Source: Candidatus Enterousia sp. (lineage in GTDB: Bacteria > Pseudomonadota > Alphaproteobacteria > Rs-D84). Taken from it: a stretch of 64,000 bases of DNA. Below, piece after piece: positions 55,878-64,000 of the stretch. A program made the translations under genes and the position numbers. Every line of letters begins with the position of its first letter. Within the stretch, counting starts at the first letter, position 1. The stretch is from NCBI GenBank assembly GCA_045539815.1, contig JAZQGC010000002.1, positions 11,794 to 75,793 of the forward strand. Direction: 5' to 3'. The notes under the pieces are model-generated. The model made no database searches. It had not been told where the DNA came from and was given only the letters and a program-made list of their open reading frames with translations.

Positions 55878-58800
55878 TCACAATACGCTATCATCATGCA
55901 CCCAATATGGAACCCCCTTGTCAACGATGCGCAAGGCGCGATTTGATTCCGTATTCATTTTTGTTTCTGTTTTGGACATATCGCCATAATATACCACCCC
56001 GTCGACACGCACATGTAACGATGGCGTTGTACGCTTTACTGAACGCAAATACAGTTTATTTTCACCAATATGTAAAATACGTCCGCAATCAGTACTTTCA
56101 TCTGCCCCCTTGCCATATCCGATTGTACGCAACGCATCTTTACACTGATTGCGTCCGACATATTGTAACGACAACTGTTGCAATATATCACCGGCATTGT
56201 TATCTAACTGTCCTTCTGCCGACGGCGACCAGTAACCATCGCCAACCTTGGCACAAGTATTTTCAATCGCATCTTGTGGGCCGGTTGCGACATATACATT
56301 ATTTATCAGATCATTAACATCGGTTATATCTGCGTTATGTGGCGACCAATATCCTGGCCCGCACATCAGTGCGACACCTGTACAATTTGCATCATACAAT
56401 TTTGTCACAGGGTTGTAATCACAGCTGACATAGAATAATCCCCGTTCATTTACCTTGTCATCATATCCTGCATCAACATTTGTATTGTTTTGAAGATCCA
56501 AATACCAACGTTCTGCGTATCCGAACACCGCACGACATTGGTTTGCCGCGGAATGCGGCGCATGTTCCAACGCATCCAACAATTCTGCACTTGCTGCGCC
56601 ATATTTTTCTGTTATTGTCGGACACTTCTCTAATCCTTGGACTTGACCATTATATTCCCAGGCCCCGCCCGTACAGAACGAATCGTCTGGACATTCTGCG
56701 CAAACATCACCATTTAAATAATATCCGGCATCACAAGATATAGAACTGATAGACCATTGTGCAGTCAAATTAATCACCGCATTATTTTCAGCCGTCGCAT
56801 TAACCAAAGACGCCCCAGGTTGAATCACCTTGCCATCGCAACTGCCACCGCTGCACAACCAACCAACAAAATTATAACCAGTCATTACAAACGCATTATT
56901 TTCCGCGACACAGCCACCATCATAGTTACAAACAACATCTGCCATATCACCAGACCCAAGGCCCGCATTATATTTCACAGTAAATGTGTTTGCCACGCAT
57001 GCATTTGTTGTTACGGTTGTGCCACCATTATAATTATATCCCGTGTTACATGTACAGCTTGCCTGACCTGTGGCGCCATTTGTGGACGAATTTGCCGGAC
57101 ACGCATTACACTGTGCGCTGTTTGTTTCTGTCCAAGTATTTGCACCACATGTTGTAATATTGTTATCGGAACATGCAGACCCCGCCGGACAAGTTACACA
57201 TACACCATTGTTCATATAAAGACCAGAATAACAACTGCTGACAGAACACAAATCACAATTTGTATATGCGCCTGTTTCTTCTTCGTACATACAAGACCTG
57301 ACACCTGTTCCTACTTCCGTGGAACACTCAACCACAGGCAACATACACTCTTCAATAGATCCCGCAGTATCTGTCAGCGTTACACCCCCATCCGGACATG
57401 CGTGTGTGATATTTGTGTCAGAAAACATACATTTTTCGGTTTCTTCTTCTGGCAGGCTAACACATTGTTCTGCACCAGCAGACCAATTATTATATCCAAC
57501 AGGAACACATATATTGTTAATAGCTTCTTGTGGATTTGACGCATAAACCATTAAAGACATAACGTCGATATTACCATATTGAACATCCAGAATATCGTTA
57601 TCAAAATTAGAAACGTACCCCGTACCACAAAAAGTTGCATACCCGCGACAATCGCTATCATATTGTTGTGTTGTTGTATTATATTTACAATCTACCACAT
57701 AATATCCTCTATTATTGGCATTCCAATCAAAATCGTCACCATCAATATTTGTCTCTCCAAGATCAGCAAACCATTTTGGAAGATACACAAATAAAGCTCT
57801 ACATTGGTTAACCGACGAATTGCGCGTCTCATCTAAAAGCCCCCCATTGTATGCGCTTGCCGCACCATACTTGTTTGTTACTGCTGGGCAGTCTGTTCTG
57901 CCGTGGATTCCACCGTCATATAACCACTCGCCACCTTCGCAATAATATTCATCTTCGCAGTCGATACAATATAAACCATCCAGATATTGTCCTGCTGGGC
58001 ATGAAATAATTACAGGTTTCCATTGTGCAACAAAAACCAAGCTATCCATATTTACATCCGTCAAATCTGACACAGTTTGCCCATCTGCAAATTTTTCGCC
58101 ATTAAACAGCCAACCATCAAATTCATGTCCCGCTTTATAGAAAGTGTTTTTATTTAAAACACATGATGTACCATATGTGCATGTTGTATCTGTCATACTG
58201 CCATCGCCACCATTTGCATTGTATCTGATGGTGTATGTGATTGGTTCCCATTGTGCATACAAGAACAAACCTGCGCCCTGTGTTGACGATGCATTTTTAA
58301 GGTTTGCACCATCTTCAAAATACTGGCTTTTATCGTAATTTGCCCAATTCTTGAATATGTATCCCGTTTTTGTATATGTGTTTGCGCTAATGTAACAGTC
58401 GGAATTATATGTACATGTTGTGTTTGCCATACTGCCATCGCCACCATTAGATACATATATGACAGTAAATGTATTTGCCGTCCATTGCGCTGTAAATGTA
58501 ACACTGGCACCGTTCGTGCTGGTCAGATTGGTATCAATGGTCGAACCCGACTGATATGTTGTTGAAACATACTGCCATCCAGCAAATGTATAACCAGTTT
58601 TTGTTGGTTTTGTGCTGGATACGGTACAATTTTGACCGTATGTACATATTGTGTCTGCTATACTGCCATCGCCACCGTTTGTATTATACTTAATTGTATA
58701 TGTGTTTGCCACGCATGCATTTGTTGTTACGGTTGTGCCACCATTATAATTATATCCCGTGTTACATGTACAGCTTGCCTGACCCGTGGCACCATTTGTG

Positions 58801-61664
58801 GATGAATTTGTTGGACACGCACTAATAATTCCTGTATCTGTATAATTTACTTTACCACCAGGACACATATTATTCACCGGACAATTTGTCACTGTGTCCG
58901 CACCAGAAATCGCAATATATTTTCCTGATTCAACAGTCATTTGACACTGATTTATCGCCGTCAGCCCTGCACCGCCATCGTCATATCCGTTTGGACATGG
59001 GGTACAAGACACCTTGCCACCAAAATAAGATTCAAATCCTGTCATGTATTGATATTCGCCTGCTGGACACGATGTTATCAGCCCAGAACCAGTGAAAACT
59101 TCTGTCATTTGATCTGTTGCCGTTGTTGTCTTGCTGATACCGGCAAACAAATCGTTCGGAATATCGCCATGAACTTTTGAACAACCATAGAACATTCTTC
59201 TGAACATTCTTGTATTTGGTGTGCCACTGATGCCAGCAAACAAATCTGATGGAATTTCACTGTTTAACGACGAACAGCCTTCGAATGTACTGTTAAACAT
59301 TCTTTCTGTCGGCACACCGTTAAATGTACCAAAGAAATTCGAAGGTATTGTAAAGTTTAATTTAGAACACCCCCAAAACGTATTATTATACATATAATCC
59401 GCTGGGGCCCCACTGATACGTGCAAATAAATCAGATGGCACAGTTTCCAGATTTGAACATCCTGCAAATGTATCCGCAAACATATAACCTGCTGGTTTTC
59501 CATAAATACCGCCAAACAGTCCACTTGGGATTGTTGTCAAACTTTTACATTGTGCAAACGTTGCATTAAACAATGCAGACGCAGGACTGCCGTCTAATCC
59601 ACCAAACAACCCAGCTGGCACAGTCTTCAACGCTGTTCCCTCGAACGTAGATCTAAACATGTTGCTGACAGGCTGACTTGTAATCCCATCAAATAACGTC
59701 GAAGGTATAGATTCCAGATTTGTACTATTATAGAAAGACTGAAAGAAACGCGGTTGTGATCCATTTGACAATGTACCAAATATCGCCCCCAGACTGCCTG
59801 ACAGACTTTTGATATTTGTATTTCCATTAAAAGTGATTGCTGCCATATTTGACGCAGAATTATATTCGGTCGCCTGACCAGAGATACCAATCACATAAGA
59901 TTTTGATCCGATTAATTCATATGTAAAAGATTCTAAATTCGTATTTGTTTTATTGATAACCTTAATAGCAGATCCATCACCTAAATCAACATAAAAAGTC
60001 CCCTTTGCAGTTAATGAAAAAGTAAAAGCTTCAGGATTGTCAACTGTTGTAATTTCAACCTCGGGCACAAATGGTGTACATGCTGTTGTTGTAGTTGTCA
60101 GCGAACCATTTGCCAAATATCCATTTTTACACGTACAATATGATGAACCTGCGGAACTGGTTGAATTTTCTGGACATGTGTAAACACCAAATGTGTCATT
60201 ATATGTCCCGCTGCTGCACCCTGGCACAGAACCACCTGGACAATAAGAACCCGCTGGACACGTTGATACTTCACGATACAACATTGAACGTGATGTATTT
60301 GAAGAACAATAATCATCCAAATAACGCGTCTTCAGATAATACCCCGGATTTACCCTGTACCAATATATAGAACTGGTGGTCATACCATACTTACCCGCGG
60401 ACGAATCATAACGAACGCCTTCATATGTAACATATCCCGCATTTGTTGTAAAACCATATACAGCCGCACATCGATTAATATCAGATAATCCAACATTTAT
60501 CCAAAATGCATATTCGTTTCTGCCGTCATCAAATACATAATCCGATCCCGGCAACACGGTTGGTTTATGTGTACTTGGGTCCGGACATGCGTTTGCGCCA
60601 CCTGTTGAACCATAAGTAACCTTGACACCACCAGGACAATAATTATTTTCTGAACACGTTGTCTGTGCAGAATCATTTGCATTTGCAATATATTTTCCCG
60701 CCGTGGTTGTTACATAGCACTTATTCTGTGCGGTATTCCCTGCGTCTGATGTATATCCTGTTGGACAAGTATACATCAAATGAGTTGCGCCATCGTATGT
60801 TCGTGTTCCCCCCGGACAGTAATATCCGGCCTTACACGTTTCACAGGTTGTTATGTTCAAATATTTTCCCGCAGAACAGGTATAGCTATTTGCAGTCCAT
60901 TGTGCGGTAAATGTAACACTGCCACCATTTGTGCTGGTCAGATTAGATACGGTCGCGCCCGCCTGATATGTTGTTGAACCATACTTCCATCCGGCAAATG
61001 TATAACCAGTCTTTGTTGGTTTTGTGCTGGATACGGTACAGTTTTGTCCGTATGTGCATGTTGTGTCGGATACCGCGCTGCCGCCCGCAGAATCGTATTT
61101 AATTGTGTAAGTATTTGCCGTCCATTGTGCATACAATGTTGCCTGATCATTACCATTGGGATTAGAACCTGTAATCGCCCCGGCACTTGATATTATTTGG
61201 CTGCCACCAGATGCGGCTGTATAAAAACCATTAAATGTATACCCTGTTCTGGTTGGTAATTGTGACGAACTTAACGTAGATATCGTGGTACCGATTGCCG
61301 CTGCAGATGTTGCAGGCGTTCCTGTTGTTTTCTTTAAACTGGTAAACCAGGCAACTCCCTTAACCGTATATAATTGTGCCAATCCACCCGAACCACCATT
61401 TGGGTTTAATGTAACCTTGTATGCCGGTGCATATGTGCCCCCAGGACAGAATTCTGCACGTGGCGCATAATCCGTACAAGAAGAACATATATTTCCAGTT
61501 GTTGGTGTACCATTATAAGCACCGTTATACCTCATAAAAAACCCAGCTCCACATGAAGTATATTTTACGGCAGAGTCACAAACATAGCCGGCCGCATAAA
61601 CATTTGCTGCCAACCCAAAGAACATCAAAAAAACCGTAAAAAGCCCAACAAATACGCGCTTCAA
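55878..61664 (-). CDS. giant (1928 aa) mosaic surface protein: Listeria-Bacteroides (Flg_new) repeats, BspA/DUF285-like LRRs, ephrin-receptor/VSP-like Cys repeats, TTPSL-type C-terminal domain
   Basis: Uninterrupted 5.8 kb ORF. Signal peptide MKRVFVGLFTVFLMFFGLAANVYA. Flg_new units end TGYTFAGW...TAQWTAN. There are about 24-aa F..TF.GC..L...IPS.LF repeats around 59100-59720. CxxGxY...CxxCxxGYYCPGG motifs occur throughout. Confidence 0.85.
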   Translation of the reverse strand: MKRVFVGLFTVFLMFFGLAANVYAAGYVCDSAVKYTSCGAGFFMRYNGAYNGTPTTGNICSSCTDYAPRAEFCPGGTYAPAYKVTLNPNGGSGGLAQLYTVKGVAWFTSLKKTTGTPATSAAAIGTTISTLSSSQLPTRTGYTFNGFYTAASGGSQIISSAGAITGSNPNGNDQATLYAQWTANTYTIKYDSAGGSAVSDTTCTYGQNCTVSSTKPTKTGYTFAGWKYGSTTYQAGATVSNLTSTNGGSVTFTAQWTANSYTCSAGKYLNITTCETCKAGYYCPGGTRTYDGATHLMYTCPTGYTSDAGNTAQNKCYVTTTAGKYIANANDSAQTTCSENNYCPGGVKVTYGSTGGANACPDPSTHKPTVLPGSDYVFDDGRNEYAFWINVGLSDINRCAAVYGFTTNAGYVTYEGVRYDSSAGKYGMTTSSIYWYRVNPGYYLKTRYLDDYCSSNTSRSMLYREVSTCPAGSYCPGGSVPGCSSGTYNDTFGVYTCPENSTSSAGSSYCTCKNGYLANGSLTTTTTACTPFVPEVEITTVDNPEAFTFSLTAKGTFYVDLGDGSAIKVINKTNTNLESFTYELIGSKSYVIGISGQATEYNSASNMAAITFNGNTNIKSLSGSLGAIFGTLSNGSQPRFFQSFYNSTNLESIPSTLFDGITSQPVSNMFRSTFEGTALKTVPAGLFGGLDGSPASALFNATFAQCKSLTTIPSGLFGGIYGKPAGYMFADTFAGCSNLETVPSDLFARISGAPADYMYNNTFWGCSKLNFTIPSNFFGTFNGVPTERMFNSTFEGCSSLNSEIPSDLFAGISGTPNTRMFRRMFYGCSKVHGDIPNDLFAGISKTTTATDQMTEVFTGSGLITSCPAGEYQYMTGFESYFGGKVSCTPCPNGYDDGGAGLTAINQCQMTVESGKYIAISGADTVTNCPVNNMCPGGKVNYTDTGIISACPTNSSTNGATGQASCTCNTGYNYNGGTTVTTNACVANTYTIKYNTNGGDGSIADTICTYGQNCTVSSTKPTKTGYTFAGWQYVSTTYQSGSTIDTNLTSTNGASVTFTAQWTANTFTVIYVSNGGDGSMANTTCTYNSDCYISANTYTKTGYIFKNWANYDKSQYFEDGANLKNASSTQGAGLFLYAQWEPITYTIRYNANGGDGSMTDTTCTYGTSCVLNKNTFYKAGHEFDGWLFNGEKFADGQTVSDLTDVNMDSLVFVAQWKPVIISCPAGQYLDGLYCIDCEDEYYCEGGEWLYDGGIHGRTDCPAVTNKYGAASAYNGGLLDETRNSSVNQCRALFVYLPKWFADLGETNIDGDDFDWNANNRGYYVVDCKYNTTTQQYDSDCRGYATFCGTGYVSNFDNDILDVQYGNIDVMSLMVYASNPQEAINNICVPVGYNNWSAGAEQCVSLPEEETEKCMFSDTNITHACPDGGVTLTDTAGSIEECMLPVVECSTEVGTGVRSCMYEEETGAYTNCDLCSVSSCYSGLYMNNGVCVTCPAGSACSDNNITTCGANTWTETNSAQCNACPANSSTNGATGQASCTCNTGYNYNGGTTVTTNACVANTFTVKYNAGLGSGDMADVVCNYDGGCVAENNAFVMTGYNFVGWLCSGGSCDGKVIQPGASLVNATAENNAVINLTAQWSISSISCDAGYYLNGDVCAECPDDSFCTGGAWEYNGQVQGLEKCPTITEKYGAASAELLDALEHAPHSAANQCRAVFGYAERWYLDLQNNTNVDAGYDDKVNERGLFYVSCDYNPVTKLYDANCTGVALMCGPGYWSPHNADITDVNDLINNVYVATGPQDAIENTCAKVGDGYWSPSAEGQLDNNAGDILQQLSLQYVGRNQCKDALRTIGYGKGADESTDCGRILHIGENKLYLRSVKRTTPSLHVRVDGVVYYGDMSKTETKMNTESNRALRIVDKGVPYWVHDDSVL
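56985..57104. repeat. intragenic 120 bp near-identical direct repeat, copy 1
   Basis: Differs from 58701-58820 at only about 5 positions. Encodes CP(A/T)NSSTNGATGQASCTCNTGYNYNGGTTVTTNACVANT. Confidence 0.85.
58701..58820. repeat. intragenic 120 bp near-identical direct repeat, copy 2
   Basis: See the 56985-57104 entry. Confidence 0.85.
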
Positions 61665-61784
61665 GACCTAACTTCCTCTCTATCAAGTGACATCATAGAA
61701 CAAAACACAATTTACAACAAGCGCTTTTTTTACATATTTTAATTAATTTTTTATTTGACCCAAAAAAACAAAAAAGGCACATAT

Positions 61785-62447
61785 TTATGCGCCTTTGAAC
61801 CCTGTTGCGACAATAAACATCTCGACGCTATCCTTGCGCGAAGAAGGCGGTTTTATATGATGAACAGATTCAAATTTTTCCTTGATTTGCTTTAATAATT
61901 CATTTGTTGTTCCGCCGGTAAAAGACTTGCAAACAAAGGTTCCGCCAACCTTTAACGCGCGCAACGCGAAATCAAATGCATATTCCAACAAAACCATTTG
62001 GCGGATATGGTCTGTTTTCTTGTGTCCGACTGTATTTGGTGCCATATCAGAAACAATTACATCCGCGGTCCCTGCACCAACTTCGTCATGAGATAAGCCC
62101 AATTTTTCTTCCAGCCAGCGCAGTGCCGCATCCGTGGTAAAGTCCCCCTGATAAGTTTCAACACCAACAATCGGCGATATTTCCAATAAATCCATTGCAA
62201 AAATCTTGGATTTTGGGTAAGTACGCGCAATATATTGCGACCATGACCCTGGCGCTGCACCCAAATCAACAACAACCTGGCCGTTTCGCAAGAATTTGAA
62301 CTTTTCGTTCATTTCTATTAATTTATATGCGGCACGCGCACGATATCCATCCTTGTGCGCACGTGCGACATATGGATCTGCGGCCTGACGTTGCAACCAC
62401 GCGACCGAAGATTTTTTGCTGGCAATTTTTTTATTGGTTATCTTCAT
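61785..62447 (-). CDS. rlmE: 23S rRNA U2552 2'-O-methyltransferase RlmE/FtsJ
   Basis: YRARAAYKLIE, VVDLGAAPGSWSQ and DVIVSDMAPN motifs. Confidence 0.9.
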   Translation of the reverse strand: MKITNKKIASKKSSVAWLQRQAADPYVARAHKDGYRARAAYKLIEMNEKFKFLRNGQVVVDLGAAPGSWSQYIARTYPKSKIFAMDLLEISPIVGVETYQGDFTTDAALRWLEEKLGLSHDEVGAGTADVIVSDMAPNTVGHKKTDHIRQMVLLEYAFDFALRALKVGGTFVCKSFTGGTTNELLKQIKEKFESVHHIKPPSSRKDSVEMFIVATGFKGA

Positions 62448-62956
62448 TTAGATTTGCTTTGCATTTGTTTACATTTTTTATTATAAAAATCCATTGCACG
62501 ATCATGTGCATATTGTGAATTAAACAACGCAAAATGATCCATATCATGCGAAAAGAAGAATGTTTTACGCTGATTATTCTTGTATGTTACAACCACTTTA
62601 TACCCCAAGAAACGTTTTTGTTTTGGTGCATATACAAAAAAATCTGGCTCTGGCTTTTGGACATCAACCGGTGTATAATCGAAACGTTGTTTCAGATTAT
62701 GCGCCATATTATAAAACCAATTTCCATGAACACGCCACAGACAAGAATCTGCCAACCACAACGGCCCCGGCATTTTTTGCAACCTGCGTCCAACCGCGGG
62801 TGTTCCGTCAATTCTATCCTGGGGCACACTGTTTATCCACATAACAGATTCGCCCGAATTATTGGCAACTGTTAAATTATAAAACACAGACATATGCCCA
62901 TTGGCATCTGGTTTTGTTATTTTTTTTACTTCAATAATACGATTGTATTTTTCCAT
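62444..62956 (-). CDS. hypothetical protein
   Basis: 170 aa ORF. Its stop overlaps the rlmE start (4 nt). No recognisable domain. Confidence 0.5.
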   Translation of the reverse strand: MEKYNRIIEVKKITKPDANGHMSVFYNLTVANNSGESVMWINSVPQDRIDGTPAVGRRLQKMPGPLWLADSCLWRVHGNWFYNMAHNLKQRFDYTPVDVQKPEPDFFVYAPKQKRFLGYKVVVTYKNNQRKTFFFSHDMDHFALFNSQYAHDRAMDFYNKKCKQMQSKSK

Positions 62957-63062
62957 TATATTTACCCGTCTTTTTTAAATCAACCGCCATGTACGGTTGA
63001 TAATTCTTTCTGCCCCCTCTCTTTTCCTTATCTGTTTAAAAATTCTAAATTCATCACAAAAA

Positions 63063-63572
63063 CTATTTTGCGCCTGGGAAACCACCCTGTTGCATTTTCT
63101 GCATAACAGCTTCCATTCCACCCATACGTTGAATCATCGCCATCTGTTGTTTCATTTTTGTGTATTGTTTGATGATATGTTCAACATCACGAACGGTACA
63201 CCCAGCCGTTTCTGCAATACGCGCCTTGGCATTTGCAAATATTTTTTCTGGTTCTGCGCGTTCTGCGGGCGTCATTGCTTCTAACAGTTTAATCTGACTG
63301 TCAACACTGCCGTCTTTGATTTTTTCCTTCATTGCATTAACAGCGCCACTCATACCCGGCACCATCTTCAACAACCCGCTAAAATTACTCATTTTTTTAA
63401 TCTGTTTCAGCTGTGCCAACATATCATTCATATCAAACTGTCCAGACATCATGCGTTGTGCAGTTTCCTTCATCCCCGATGGTATTTTATCGGCTGTCAA
63501 ATCCTTATCAGCCCCAGCGACATTATTATTTTCAACAACTTTTTGTTCTTTCTTTTTACCAAATCCAAACAT
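63063..63572 (-). CDS. free-standing SRP54/Ffh M-domain protein (no NG GTPase domain)
   Basis: FDMNDMLAQLKQIKKMSNFSGLLKMVPGMSG...MTPAERAEPEKI...RIAETAGCTVRDVEHIIKQYTKMKQQM aligns by eye to the E. coli Ffh M domain. The gene starts 17 nt after the uvrA stop. Confidence 0.7.
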   Translation of the reverse strand: MFGFGKKKEQKVVENNNVAGADKDLTADKIPSGMKETAQRMMSGQFDMNDMLAQLKQIKKMSNFSGLLKMVPGMSGAVNAMKEKIKDGSVDSQIKLLEAMTPAERAEPEKIFANAKARIAETAGCTVRDVEHIIKQYTKMKQQMAMIQRMGGMEAVMQKMQQGGFPGAK

Positions 63573-63589
63573 ACCTACTCCTTTTTGTA

Positions 63590-64000
63590 CTATTTTTTTA
63601 TTTTATTTATTTTTACTGTTTTGTCCAGATACTTATGCAAATATTTTCCTGTTTTTGATTCTGGCACCTGTACAATATCTTCTGGGGTACCTGCTGCAAT
63701 CAGTTGTCCACCACCGGCGCCACCTGTGGGTCCTAAATCAATAACCCAATCGGCTGTTTTTATAACTTCTAAATTATGTTCAATTACAATAACAGTATTT
63801 CCCTGATCCACCAATTCGTGCAACACAGACAGCAAAGATTTTATATCTTCAAAGTGCAATCCGGTTGTGGGTTCATCCAATATATATATTGTTTCCCCTG
63901 TACTGCGCGCGGCCAATTCTTTGGACAATTTTATACGCTGTGCTTCACCACCTGACAGATCCAACGAACTTTGTCCCAGCTTTATATAATCCAGTCCAAC
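63590..64000 (-). CDS. uvrA: excinuclease ABC subunit UvrA, C-terminal end (gene continues beyond the window)
   Basis: [54 protein letters not shown]. The frame stays open to position 64000. Confidence 0.95.
   Translation of the reverse strand, partial: VGLDYIKLGQSSLDLSGGEAQRIKLSKELAARSTGETIYILDEPTTGLHFEDIKSLLSVLHELVDQGNTVIVIEHNLEVIKTADWVIDLGPTGGAGGGQLIAAGTPEDIVQVPESKTGKYLHKYLDKTVKINKIKK

Noticed and set aside
56757-57539. 260-aa plus-strand ORF (and several others) inside the giant gene
   Set aside because: It is antisense to a 5.8-kb uninterrupted ORF with a signal peptide and recognisable repeats. Its Cys/Thr/Ile-rich translation is typical of the reverse frame.

Overview
This is an AT-rich 64 kb chromosomal segment. 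I read it as a small-genome, probably host-associated alphaproteobacterium. The grounds are GcrA, the ruvB-ybgC-tolQRA order, an atypical HisRS motif (LRYDGTVGLARY) and an M23-peptidase plus bactofilin pair. Roughly two thirds is ordinary core content: tol cluster, ruvB, a two-component pair, tig, thyA, gcrA, lpxA/lpxB, rpiB, bamD, murJ, rlpA, leuS, tlyA, mscL, aroK, prfA, hisS, tkt, rnhA, rlmE, the uvrA 3' end, and four tRNAs with encoded CCA. Interleaved with the core are at least 13 genes for Sec-signal-bearing, cysteine-rich proteins that I cannot assign to any known family.

These genes fall into at least three paralog families:
- A C-terminal CYY-E family: 31085, 38608, 39331, 40201, 42797.
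- A CWC family: 19628, 44691, 45239.
- A family sharing a ~60 aa TTPSL C-terminal domain: 19219, 45731 and a 1928-aa mosaic giant surface protein at 55878-61664.

Most checkable novelties:
1. A perfect (CAAA)8 tetranucleotide repeat sits between the start codons and the signal peptide of the 42797 gene, the classic slipped-strand phase-variation architecture. The gene lies next to GT2 and GT8 glycosyltransferases.
2. A tightly coupled operon at 13251-18884 encodes an orphan A24 prepilin-peptidase-like protein, two large paralogous membrane proteins, a GH108 muramidase and a small Cys protein. It looks like an undescribed envelope-spanning or muramidase-assisted export module.
3. The giant protein combines Listeria-Bacteroides repeats, BspA/DUF285-like LRRs and ephrin-receptor/VSP-like Cys repeats, and contains near-identical intragenic DNA repeats.
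4. A free-standing SRP54/Ffh M-domain gene lies directly after uvrA.
5. A promoter-to-ATG ~175 nt structured leader ends in a terminator-like hairpin that sequesters the only SD of the 45731 gene.

I saw no rRNA, CRISPR, transposase or integrase. All family assignments come from motif recognition by eye. No database search was run.
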